NCBI GenBank assembly: GCA_951406725.2
Contig: OX597830.1
Location: forward strand, 22,382,001 to 22,446,000
Length of the DNA stretch: 64,000 bases
Reading direction: 5' to 3'
Origin: Octopus vulgaris
Lineage: Eukaryota
Numbering within the stretch: the stretch's first letter is position 1; each line of letters begins with the position of its first letter. A model generated the notes under the pieces. The model saw nothing but the letters and a program-made list of their open reading frames with translations, had not been told where the DNA came from and did no database searches. The translations under genes were made by a program, and so were the position numbers. This document shows positions 50,920 to 63,371 of this stretch, in pieces.

Positions 50920-53320
50920 TTTTAAACTTTGCTGGAAGGGTAGCAATTTTGGGGGAGGTAGATGAGTCGATTACATCAACCCCAGTGTTTAACTGGTACT
51001 TATTTTACTGACTCCAAAAGGAGGCAAAGTCGACCTCGGCAGAATTTGAACTTAGAACGTGCAGACAGATGAAACAAAGTTTGTTATTAAACATAAAGTA
51101 GTTATGAGAAAACTGGTGGTGGTTTGTATTGATCAAAATTCTACAGTGAAGTTTGTGTGCACGTGTTTGAGAAGAAAGGCATATAGATGTTTTGTATCTA
51201 ATTCTTTGACTGTGAAAGAAACACTTTCATTCTCTCTTGTTCTTATTCAAACTCACAAACTTCACTATTATATTCATATATTAGAAGAACAACCAGAATC
51301 ACACAAAATTTCAGTTGTATTTTCTCTCTGTTGAGTTTTAAACTATTGAGGAGTGAAGAGAAATGTTAAGTTTGAGTAGCAATGTTGTGGTAAACAATCT
51401 AGATCTATTATCTAAGGTTTGTTTATTATAAAAGTGAAAAAATTAAAATTAAAAATTGTTATATTGAGATTTGAAATATAAAAACAAACACAAACAGTCT
51501 GTGGAGATTGTGCACATAATTTGTGAATATGAAACTTTGAAGTGTGTGTGTGTACATTATTTTGAAATATATATACTCAGCATACATGAACACACATGTG
51601 CACATACATACACTCACAAACACAAATTACGTGCATGATAATAAGTATAGTTGGCAAGATCACTCCATATATAGACAATTCTACGTAAGTTCAACATGAA
51701 GAAAAAAAGGCACTTCAATAATATTAACAACAATAATGATAACAATAACAACAATAGTAATAAAAAAGTAAATAATAATAATAATAATAAAGTAAATAAT
51801 AATAATAATTATTGTTTTAATTTAGGCACAAGGCCATCAATTTTGATAGAGGAAGAATGGTAATTGATACCATCTACCCCCAGTACTTGACTAGTACTTG
51901 ATTTTATTAACCATGAAAGGATAAAAGGTAAAGTTGACCTCAGTGGAATCTGAACTCAAAACATAAAGACCCGGAGCTGAATACCTTTTGTTCGACGATC
52001 TATCAATTCTGCCAATCTACTGCCCTATTAATAATAATAATTATAATAACAATAATCCTTTCTACTATAGGCACAAAGCCTAAAATTTTAAGGGAGGGGG
52101 ATAGTTAATTACATCAATCCCAGTGCTCAACCGGTCAATTGATTCTTATTTTATTGACCCCAAAAGGATGAAAGGCAAAGTTGACCTCAGGAGGATTTGA
52201 ACTCAGAACACAAAGAGTTGGAAGAAATACAGCAAAGTATTTTTCTCCAATGATTCTGCCGGCATGCTGCCATAATAATAATAATAATAATCCTTTCTAC
52301 TATAGACACAAGGCCTGAAATTTTGGGAGAAGGGACCAGTCAATTACATTCACCCCAGTGCCTAACTGGGACTTAATTTATCAACCCCAAAAGGATGAAA
52401 GGCAAAGTTGACCTTGGCAGAATTTGAACTCAGAACATAAAGGCAGATTAATAATAATAATAATAATAATAATAATGCTTTATAATTTAGGCACAAGGCC
52501 AACAATTTTGTTTGAAGGCAATAAGTTGATACCATCAACTCCAGTACTTTATTTCATCAACCCCTAGAAGGATGAAAGCAAAAAAGGGACCTTGGAAGGA
52601 GTGGGGAGGAGGTGGAAGAGGATAATTTTCATTTGGCAATGACCATGCCTCAGGCACACATCAATAGCAATGGTAATCTGTCCTCAACAACAAAAATCAA
52701 GTTTTTAAGGATTTTGTTTTGTGTTTGAGATCACTTACTTTACAGTATATACTGTCTTGTTGTGTGTAGTGTGTCCTAAATAGGATAACAAATGCAATTT
52801 AAAGAAATTTACCTTCCTATATTTCTGTTGTGTGACTTGGTAGAGGTTCCCACCAGTATTTACTATAAATATCACATCAGTTCACCAGACACCATTCGAT
52901 ATCATCTGATACAATCTGGTTTTCAATTTGATTTTTGAAAATAGGAGTTTGATATTAATTAATTGAAAAGGAATTAAATGTTTTTTTTCTTTTGCTGTAA
53001 TCACAGGATGAAAAAGATTTATTATTTTTGAGACAGTCACTAGATTATGTTGACATCCAGATGAACTATATAATATAACGAACTTATTGTATAGAGTGCT
53101 CAGGTGCACTATATACGTATATGTCTAGGATGTACACCAGTTTTATTCTGACTAGATGATTGTCAGGTGTAAATTAATATTCAGGTATCTGCTAGCTGTA
53201 ATCTGTATTTGGATGCCCATCGGATGAAGTCCACATCCAAATGCTCACAAGATAAAGTGTATTTTGAGATGTTTGCCAAATGAAATTCAAGTCCATATGT
53301 TGGTCTACTCCAGACGATGT

Positions 53321-53400
53321 TTATGTCCAGATGTCTTCTAGATATCGTTTATCTAGTCGAAGTTTCATCAGAATTTTGTTAGCCTCTTCAAGTGATACAC
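53321..53400 (-). CDS. MTRR: MTRR terminal coding exon
   Basis: [29 protein letters not shown]. Confidence 0.93.
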
Positions 53401-56382
53401 CTAAAAATAAACCCAAAACAAATTATGAACAACTGTTAGCATACTGTGGACATTAAAAGAGGCTGTACTCTAACATTGTGATAAGGTAAATTTGAATATA
53501 GAGTAGTTTGTTGTAAATATCAAAGAAAATGTGAAAAAAATTTAGAACACTTTACTGATTTCATGAAAATAAAATTTATCCATAATAACCCTTTTTACAA
53601 AGTAATTTCACATTAAAGTAGTCCTATTTTGGTAATTTCAACCAATCAATGACATGTATTCAGCTGAATAAAATTACTTCGTAAATGTAAGTTTTTCTCA
53701 AAAATGCTAAGTGTAAAAGATGTTTTATATGACACATTCTACCAGTGTCTGAAGTTTGAAAGTGTTTAGTTACAAAAAATTATTTTTTAAATCTGTAGGT
53801 CAAAAGGTAAAGATCTGATGCTTCAATTTAATAATTTCGTATGATAATGACCAAAGTCACTCTTTCAAAAAGTAGAATTTCTCTAATGTCCCCTATGACA
53901 CTTACCTTTCTCAGAAGCCAAAATGGATGTGAAGGCTGTACAAACATCCTTAGCCATGTTCTTTGCATCACCACACACATAAACGATGGCATCCTTGTCT
54001 AACATGTCAACAAGCTCCTTGCTGTTACGTTGGAGGTTATCTTGAATATATCTTGGTGATTCTTCAGGTTGTTCATCGCGAGAGAAACACACAAAGAATT
54101 TGGAGAGGCATCCCTGCTCAAGAAACTTCTCAATTTCATCCCTGTAAAATCAATCAGTAAAGGTGAAAAGAATAAACAAAAGTGAACAAAATGAGATGTC
54201 ATTTATCTTTTACTTGTTTCAACTAGTGGACTGTGGCCATGTTGAGACACCACCTTGAAAAGTTTAGTTGGCCAATTCAACCCCAGTACCTATTTTTAAG
54301 TCTGGTACTAATTCTATTGGTCTCTTTTGCCGAACCACAGAATGTAAAAGTAAAGGAAATACACAAGAAACTTACTGATAAAGGAAGTCCTTTTTCTGAT
54401 GCCGACAGCCATAGAACAACCAGGCTTCACTAAGAGGCTGAGTCTTTGATATATGGTGACGGTGCTGCAAAAAGCCTATGAATGGAGCAACGCCAGTCCC
54501 TGGACCAATCATAATTAGTGGAGTTTTGGAATCCGATGGTAAATGAAAGCGTTGATTGGTTCTTGTGAAGAAAGATATCTATAATAATAATAATAATAAT
54601 AATGGTCTAAAATTTTGGTACATGACCTGCAATTTTGGGAGAGGGGGATAGTCAATTACATCAACCCCAGTATTCAACTGGTATTTATTTTGTCAATCCT
54701 GAAAGGATGAAAGGCAAAGTTGACCTTGGCAGAATTTGAACTCAGAATGTAAAGATGGATGAAATGCTGCTAAGCATTTTGCCTGGTGTGCTAACGATTC
54801 TGCCAGCTTGCTGCCTTAATAATAATAAACCTTTCCACTGTCTACTGTAGGCACAAGGCCTGAAACTTGAGGGGAAGGGATTAAGTAGATTACATCGACT
54901 CCAGTGTGTAACTAGTACTTATCTAATTGATCCTGAAAGGATTAAAGGCAAAGTCGACCTCGGTGGAATTTGAACTCATAATAATTCTGCCAGCTTGCTG
55001 CCAACACCAACAACAACAATTCTTTCTATCAGAGGCACAAATGGTACTAATTTTATCAACCCTGAGAGGATAAAAGGTAATCTTTTCTCCCCAGAGTTCC
55101 TACAACTTTGTGGTATTTTCACATTGTACATTTTTACCAACAGATATAAGCTGCATAAGCAGTCGTTAAAATGATGATGTACGTGTTGGAGGGAGAGGCA
55201 TTGTCAATGGTATATTAAGGGAGATCAATAAAGTTTATACTTACAATTGGTTTCTCAGCTAAAGACAGAGAACCTAGAGAGGCTGGTAGATCTTTCTGAT
55301 CTGTCTTTGAGTCAGACTGTAGACTGAGAGTAAGCTGCTCAAGCCAGCCAGTGCAGATACCCTGGCGGTGGTAGCGTCGACCCCGCCCAGCGGGAATCTG
55401 AACGACATTGAAGACTACGTGTAGTTTGTTCTTATCGGTTTCCTGGGAACTGTGAATCAACAGAAACAGAAATGAGATGGAAGGGAGACATGGTGGAGTA
55501 GGAGGAAGAGAGGGAAGAAGCAGAGTGGAAGGAAGAGAGAGGAGGGGAAGAGTGTCAGGAGAAATATTGAGAGAAACAGGCAAGAGATCATCATCATCAT
55601 CATCATCATCGTTTAACGTCCGTTTTCCATGCTAGCATGGGTTGGATGGTTCGACCGGGGTCTGGGAAGCCAGGAGGCTGCACCAGGCTCCAGTCTGATC
55701 TGGCAGAGTTTTTATGGCTGGATGCCCTTCCTAATGCCAACCACTCTGTGAGTGTAGTGGGTGCTTTTGACATGCCACCAGCACTGGGGCCAGAGGAGGC
55801 TGGCAAACGGCCACGATCGGATGGTGCTTTTTACGTGTCACCAACACGGACGCCATAAGAAAATGGGAGAAAGAAAAAAATAAAGGAGCAAGAGAGGAAT
55901 GACAATGTATTTGTCACCACTTCCCTTGTATTCACCTTCATGTGATGTGAGAGTATACCCTGGTGCATCTTTACCACCATCTCTTTTTACCAACAGGGGC
56001 AACCATGCACTTCCCCTACAGCAAGCCATATGTTCCTATCCCTCTAGCATACACATCACCTGGCATAAAGCCACCTCATTCAATGTCAACCTCCCTACTC
56101 AGGTGAAGGATCTTGTTTTGCAAAAACTGTGCAGCAAGGAAGAAATGAGTGAATACACCATTTACATCTGAGAACCAAGTCTCTCTCTCCCCTGGACATC
56201 TTGCTTAACTTCCCATCTGTTATGCCACGATTTGAATGAAATTTAGATAACTTCATCTCATTTTCTCGTTAACTATGTTTTACTTACACTTTCTCTTTCT
56301 GTCTGTTTATCTAAATACATACATACACACATATGTTGTACACAATAAAGGCCTAATACAAAATCCAGCTCCTATTAATAAA

Positions 56383-56433
<51 letters not shown>

Positions 56434-57902
56434 GTGGAGGCACATGACCTAGTGGTTAGAGTTGAGGGATCGTGGGTTCGAATCTTGGACCGGGCAATGT
56501 GTGTGTTTATGAGCAAAACACCTAAGCTCCACGCGGCTTCGGCAGAAGGCAATAGCGAACTTCTGCTGACTCTTTCCCCCTTCATCTTGCAGTTCACCTG
56601 CAATGGACCGGCATCCCGTCCAGGTGGGGAACCTATATGCCAAGGAAACTGGGAAACCGGCCCTATGAGCCAGGCGTGGCTCGAGAAGGAACAGACAACA
56701 ATATATATATAATAGATAGATAGATCTTACTCTCTTTCTCTTCTCTTTATCTCCCTTGCTTATTCTCTTACATTTCAGTATCTATATCATTCTATCACTT
56801 ATAGATACTGGCACCAGTGAGGTGTTGGTGACCTCACTGGTGCTGGTGCCATGTAAAAAGCACCCAGTACTTTCTTGTAAAGTGGTTGACATTAAGAAGG
56901 GCATCTGACTGTAGAAACCATGCCAAAGCTGACACTGGAACCTTGGCACCATCCTCTGCTGAACCATCCAACCCACGCTGGCATGGAAGACAGATGTCAA
57001 TGATGTTGATGGAAAGAAATAGTGTGTTTTTAATTGAAATAAAAAGAAACAAGGAGAGCTATTTCTGGAAAGCTGAGCAACAATGTGTAACCCCCACCCA
57101 ACCTTCCATTAGTTTAACTCTTTACATTCAGATTACTCTGTCAATTGTAATGCTTATTTATTTGCATAGTTTTGAATCAATCATGCACGATCTCATAGTT
57201 TTGATATTTCGATTATGTGATCGTCTATTTTTAGAACGAAATTGTAAGGTAAGTGTGAGAGGGCTGATCCGGTTAGTTTGAAAATAAAACAAGTTGAATA
57301 TTTGGGTCTTATATGACTGATTTGAATGCTGAAAAGTTAAGGGACATGTGAGTAAACAGTGAAGGGGAAGTGAGGAAGAGACACAGCATGACTGTGGCTT
57401 TCTCTCTCACACATACACACCTTGCAACAGAATAAGGCCTTGGCTGCAATCTGGGAAGAAGTTCTACAATTGTGAAGAAAGAAGGAGGATATATATTAGG
57501 ACAGAGAATATCTATTTAGACTAGATTTTATGTTTATGTTTTCAATGCAGTCATGAGAAAAACAATACCAAAATATTTTAGTAACAGAATGAGTTAAAAT
57601 TTATAGTTAACGTATTCTTTACAAGTGTGTGTGTGTATGTGTGGGTGATATTAGCAAATGTGTAGGTACATATGTGGGTCTATGAATGGTAGATAGATAT
57701 ATAAAGAGGGAGGGAAGGAGAGATAGAGAAAGTGAGAGAGAGGGGGGAAAGAGAGAGAGTGTGTGTGTGTGTGTGGTGTTAGCAAGTGTGTGTATATATA
57801 TGTATTTACATGAGCACTTATGGATGTCTTTGACAGATACAATGATATAGATATTGAAATAAGAGAATGAGAGAGGGAGACAAAGAGAGGAAGATCTATA
57901 AC

Positions 57903-57935
<33 letters not shown>

Positions 57936-58415
57936 ATATTCAAATATGAATGAGAAGCTACCTGAGGGATATAAACAATATTGAGCACACATACACAAGA
58001 TATGTGTTTTATCAGTATGTGGGCAGGCTGCGAATTGTAGGCGTAAGAGAATATATTCTCATCAATTTGCCTGGTGTTAAAATACCTGGAAGTGACAGAC
58101 AAGCGAGATAATTCGCATCAGGCCCCATTACAGGAGAAATAGATATTAGCATTTCGCCATCTTTATGATTTGTCAATATCACAGCACGGAATTTTGTCAG
58201 CGAACAGGTCACAGTTTCAAAGCGATGAAAATATTTTGACAAATTAAATTTAAATGTTGAAGTGAATCTAACAGTTTTTGTGTGTTTCTTAAATGGCTTA
58301 TAAACACCTTCCACGCTGCAATTGTTTTTGTTCCAGCACACGATCTCAGATCAGATCACTTGCTATGCAAGTACATCTCCGTCTTCGGGCTAAAACATTT
58401 TTAAGGATTTTAAGG

Positions 58416-58453
<38 letters not shown>

Positions 58454-61400
58454 TGGAGTAAGCACATAAATGTGAAACAAGGTGAAAAAAAGAGTACTCA
58501 AATACCAGAGGCAGAGTAATATGCTTTATTTAAAAGCAGCAGAAATATAACAAAAGCTGTTACTCAGAGTTTCACGTTCCAAACAGGAACGTGAAACTCT
58601 GAGTAACAGCCTTTGCTATATTCCTGCTGCTTTTAAATAATGTATATATATAAATATAAATATAGACAGTGAGAGAAAGTGCATGTAAAACATAGTTAAA
58701 TAATAATGCAATGAAGTTACCTAAAATTCGTTCAAATGGTGGCATAACAGATGGGAAGTTGAGTAAGATGTCCAGTAGAGAGAGACCTGGTTCTCGGATG
58801 TAAGTGGTGTATTCGCTCATTCCTTCCTTGCTGCACAGTTCCTGCAGTCGTTGTTTCTCCTGCTCATCACTTGCATAATCAACGAGCATCCGCAACAAAG
58901 CCTGCAGTTTAAGAGGCAAACATGCAAAACTGTCATTGCTTGTGTAACACGCATACAATATCTTCACACAACACTCTTTTTGGTACCACCACCACCACCA
59001 CCATTCCTATCAAAGTCATTATTGCTGCTGCCACCGCCACCACCACCTTTCCTATCAAAGTCATTATCGCTGCCGCCACCACCACCACCACCATGCCACT
59101 ATCACTCCCATTACCGCTGCCACCACCACCACCACCATTCCTATCACAGTCATTATTGCTGCTGCCACTGCCACCACCACCACCGCCACCATCACCACCA
59201 CGCCACTATCACCATCATCACTCCTATTACTGCCGCCACCACCACCACCACCATTCCTATTACAGTCATTATTGCCGCTGCCACCACCACCACCACCAGC
59301 ATCCCTACTACCACAGCGATTGTGACCACACCTATTGCTGCCACGGCTGTCACATCACCATTACTACTTCTACTACCACCACCACAACTACCAAACAGCA
59401 CTATTACGCAAAATCAATTCCACAAACAGTATATCCACAACCACCACTGCACAACATCTCATATGTTTGTCACTATCATTACTTCTGCCCAGAGAAGAAT
59501 CCTCAAACAATAGAAACGTTACCTTCTTAGGAGGCTCCCTGATGTCTAAGCAATGAGTGAGGGCATATCTGATGGTGCACTTTGGAGGAAGGTAATTGGG
59601 ACAGGAAGCTTTCTTCTTTGTTGTATTTGGAGAGACAGACAAACTGAAGAAGGCGTCTCCTGCATTCTCCAAGTCGAGCCTAGAACATAGTACCAAAGGA
59701 TTAAAGCAAAATAAAGGTTATAGGAGTGTGAGAGGATTATTTTAAGTACAGCAATAGCAAAGACATATTTAAAACATCAGCAGAGAAAAATATCAATAAT
59801 GACGATGATGATGATGATAATAATAATAAAAAAAAAAATGCTCTATTGGGGACAGTGAGGACTTTGAGATTGGTACTTTGGTGTTGAGTATCTTCAGCAA
59901 TATTTAACCTCTAGGTACTGAGTCTTATAATTCATGGAAAGAGACCCTGAGAAACCTTGTGACAACAGGTTACTGTCTTGTTGCTCTCGCAGAATTAACT
60001 GGAGCAAATCAAGTCAGATCAAGAGCTCTGAGAAGTAAAATAAAATAATAATTATTATAATAATAATGGCTTAAAATTTTAGGTACAAGGCCAGCAATTT
60101 TGGGTGAGGAGGTAAGTTGATTATATTCACCCGTGTCCTCCACTAGTACTTATTTTATTGAGCGTGAAAGGATGAAAGGTAAAGTCAACCTTGGCAGAAT
60201 TTGAACTCAGAATGTAGTGATGGATGAAATAAAGTGTTTTGCTCAAAAACACAAAACACAGCCTGGTCCAGGAATTGAACTCACTATCCCCTTGATTTTG
60301 AGTCTGATGCTCTAATCACTGAGCCATGTGCCTTCACACACACACATCTAGCTAAATGGGAAATGAAAGAAGAAGGAAATAAAAGCCAGGCTTCTTTTCT
60401 GTTGAAGTTATCTCTGATGAACGGCCTTGTATACTTACTATCCAGGGCTCTAGATGGCCCTTGCTCAAAAAAGAGTGACAGGAGAGGTCAGCAGAATGCC
60501 ACATGGACACAGGATGTGGCTTGATGAACCTCAGTTGGGTTGCCCTGAGAAAGTGGGGGTATGATGCAAAACACAAAATACCCTGGGGCTCTAAGATACA
60601 ATACTAACGAAGTGTCCAAGTACTTGCATGTGTAGATGTATGAAACCTGAAATAGGGTCCAAACACTGACCCTATTGATACACATGATTAGCGAAAGGAG
60701 TGAAGTTTGATGGTTGACAGACTGACCTTTGGATTAAATGGTTGACCTCTCTTTCATTGTTCGGACAGATCACTGAAATTGAATCTCCTGGCTGGTAAGC
60801 AACCGTCTCAGCATCCTGGAGAAATGAAATATACAAAAATTTCTGTCATTTTTATCCGAAAGAAAAGAGGGATGGATGGAGTGAGAATGGAAAAAAAGAG
60901 AATGCTATAGGACAAGAGAGAGAAAGTGAGGAGGGAGAGAGAGAAGAGAGAAAAACCAAAACAAAAAGAGTGATACAGATAATGAAAAAGAGATACAAAG
61001 ACTAAGAGAGAGAAAGAAAGAAAGAAAGGTGAAAGAAGAAAAGAGAGAAAAACCTAAAAACAAATTAAAATAGAAATCAGGCAGAAAATTGAAATGCAAA
61101 GAATTTTGAATGATTGGGATGGTTTATTTACCTCAAAGAAAAGTTCAAGATCTAGTGTGGTCTTTACAGCACCAGGATGTGTAAGGCAGGAACACTTCAG
61201 GACAGTAGCAGTCTGGACAGAAGATGCCATACTAGGAAAACTGGCTCCATTTTGAACTGCTGAATTGTACAGATCCTGTTATACAGAAACATTTGTAGAG
61301 ATAAACACGTGTTCTTGTACAATTCTATATTTTTGAGATAAAGAATTTGTATTATGTATATTGTTTATGATAGTCGGATTGGTGGCCTCATCTTGATTGC

Positions 61401-62114
61401 TGCTTTCACTATGTTTTAGCTGTCGTACACTTCAGCCTTCTTCAGGTGTCTCGTGTTGAACTCAATTTAGTTATTGGAATTTCGAACCAAACCTTATATT
61501 TGATCCTGTGAATCAAATAAAAGGTTAGATTTGAAATTCCAATTCAAGAAATGAGTTCAACTCAAGACACCTGAAGAACGCTGGAGCATACAACAGCCGA
61601 AACATAGTGAAAGCAACAATCATGATGCGGCCACCAGTCCAACTATTATAAACAGTATACTTTGTTCTGGAGTCTATTACTGCATCTGTTTGTCTTTCTA
61701 AATACACACATATACAAACATGATATGGAAATAGATACTTTGTAGATGTAGGAGTCATATTATCTTAGTGCAGTAACTTTAGTAGAAATAGGAGATATTT
61801 ATACCCTGAGTATATACTCTTTTACTTGTTTCAGTCATTTGAGCACCGCCTTTTTAGTCGAGAAAATCGACCCCCAGGACTTATTCTTTGTAAGCCTGGT
61901 ACTTATTCTATCGGTTTCTTTTGCCGAACCGCTAAGTTACGGGGACGTAAACACACCAGCATCGGTTGTCAAGCGATGTTGGGGGGACAAACGCACTTAT
62001 ATATATGATGATGATGATAATGTACATATATGTATATATATATATATGATGATGATGATAATGTACATATATGTATATATATATATATGATGATGATGAT
62101 AATGTACATATATG

Positions 62115-62148
<34 letters not shown>

Positions 62149-63371
62149 TATATATATATATACACACACATATATACATATACATATATACGATGGGGTT
62201 CTTTCAGTTTCTGTCTACCAAATCCACTCACAAGGCTTTGGTCGACCCGAGGCTATAGTAGAAGACACTTGCCCAAGGTGCCATGCAGTGGGACTGAACC
62301 TGGAACCATGTGGTTCATAAGCAAGCTACTTACCACACAGCCATTCCTATACATTACTGTATAAACAGCTGAACTTAGAATACAGACCTGAAACAGATGC
62401 CACAAACCTGATGTACTAACATTCAGCTAAACCACTGTTTGGGATGAACGTTTTATTTATTGCACTTCAAAAGGATGAAAAGCAAAGTTGACAAAAGCAT
62501 GATTTGAATTCAAAATGCAGATAGCCAGGACAAATATCACAATGCTTTGTGTCCAACCTAGTAACTGTGATCTTTGAAGGTCCTCTCAGACTAGTGAAAC
62601 TCATGTAGTTGATACCCAGCCTGAACATTTATAGGTAAAACATTGATACAGAGGTATTCAGGGGTCTGGTTTGAATGTAATCAAAAAGGCACCCAAGGGA
62701 CAAGGTCATCATCATCAGCAGTTGGACAGTGCAAGAGAAACTGATAAACCAGTGGTCTGTGCCAAGCTCTAATGTTTACTTTGACATGGTTTCTACAGCT
62801 GGATGCCCTTCCTAAAACCAACTACTTCACAGAATATATCGGGTACTTTTTCCTTGTGACAAAAAAGTTTCTACTTACCAGTTTCTCATCCGGCAGAAGT
62901 GTTAAAACAAGATAAGGAGGTGAGAGAAGAGGAATGCTCAGATCGGAGTCTTTTAAATGTGGGGCACAACAGGTAAGCGAAGCAGATTCTTTGGCCTGGT
63001 GTTTCTCCTCTGTCAAGTCAGTTTGAACAACCAGTTCGACATTAGATACATCCACAGGTCTGTCGGCTAAATCCATGATGTAGTTAGAATGAGGTGTCTT
63101 CTCTACTATTTTCACTCCCAGTGGTATGTCCTGCATCAAGTTGTTGAGAAGGGGGTTACGCAGGATCTGCTCTTTCAGGGAATCGGTGGGTAACGTCATC
63201 TTGTCTGTTTCTGTGAGTTTCTGAGCTTCATTCTCAGTGGGTGGAGTTTCGCTGGGAGGGCTGTTGGTCTCAGTGGATTGCTCCATCTTCTTCGATGTGG
63301 TACAGGATTCTAACTCAGCTTTCAGAGGTTTCCACAAGCCTTCTATCCAAGGCTCCACTACAAGTTCTAAC
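53321..63371 (-). CDS. MTRR: Methionine synthase reductase (diflavin oxidoreductase), 3' part; FMN-domain exons lie beyond the window
   Basis: Phase-consistent exons 63371-62879, 61275-61132, 60815-60727, 59679-59523, 58901-58721, 57463-57421, 55449-55245, 54578-54376, 54141-53906, 53400-53321. Motifs [91 protein letters not shown]. Confidence 0.93.
53906..54141 (-). CDS. MTRR: MTRR exon
   Basis: CFSRD...YIQDNL...[14 protein letters not shown]. Confidence 0.93.
54376..54578 (-). CDS. MTRR: MTRR exon (NADPH-binding)
   Basis: [27 protein letters not shown]...[15 protein letters not shown]. Confidence 0.93.
55245..55449 (-). CDS. MTRR: MTRR exon
   Basis: LHVVFNVV...RQGICTGWL. Confidence 0.9.
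55588..55850 (-). mobile_element. SINE/RTE-tail-type repeat family C with (GAT)n tail (representative copy)
   Basis: (cat)n cgtttaacgtccgttttccatgctagcatggg...ggatgcccttcctaatgccaacc. Copies at about 26640-26890, 28230-28540, 31855-32050, 56810-57010 (opposite strand), 63745-64000. Confidence 0.8.
56118..56310 (+). pseudogene. Inverted, degenerate copy of MTRR exon 58721-58901 plus its donor-side intron
   Basis: The plus strand reads [22 protein letters not shown]..., matching exon [23 protein letters not shown]. It has a stop, a frameshift and donor GT>AT. Confidence 0.9.
57421..57463 (-). CDS. MTRR: MTRR 43-nt exon carrying the FAD-binding RxYS motif
   Basis: [19 protein letters not shown] bounded, phases fit. 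Confidence 0.9.
58721..58901 (-). CDS. MTRR: MTRR exon
   Basis: ALLRMLVDY...[10 protein letters not shown]...[11 protein letters not shown]. Confidence 0.92.
58984..59392. repeat. (CAC)n-based degenerate minisatellite in MTRR intron
   Basis: Recurrent ccaccaccaccattcctatcacagtcattattgctgctg units. Confidence 0.9.
59523..59679 (-). CDS. MTRR: MTRR exon
   Basis: [13 protein letters not shown]...[10 protein letters not shown]. Confidence 0.9.
60727..60815 (-). CDS. MTRR: MTRR exon
   Basis: [19 protein letters not shown]. Confidence 0.9.
61132..61275 (-). CDS. MTRR: MTRR exon
   Basis: [11 protein letters not shown]...[18 protein letters not shown]. Confidence 0.88.
61566..61609 (+). ncRNA. 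Minimal type I hammerhead ribozyme-like motif
   Basis: cac-CTGAAGA-acGCTG-gagcatacaa-CAGCc-GAAA-ca-TA-gtg: both catalytic boxes, stem II and a short stem I. Stem III is vestigial, as in PLE-associated hammerheads. Confidence 0.6.
62879..63371 (-). CDS. MTRR: MTRR exon (end of FMN domain + hinge)
   Basis: [17 protein letters not shown]...[17 protein letters not shown]. Confidence 0.88.

Noticed and set aside
58851-59556. 200-220 aa Pro/His/Thr-rich plus-strand ORFs
   Set aside because: Translation of a (CAC)n minisatellite in an MTRR intron, antisense to the gene.
61998-62130. Three tandem units of about 35-40 bp, superficially array-like
   Set aside because: No unique spacers. This is microsatellite expansion inside a SINE, not CRISPR.
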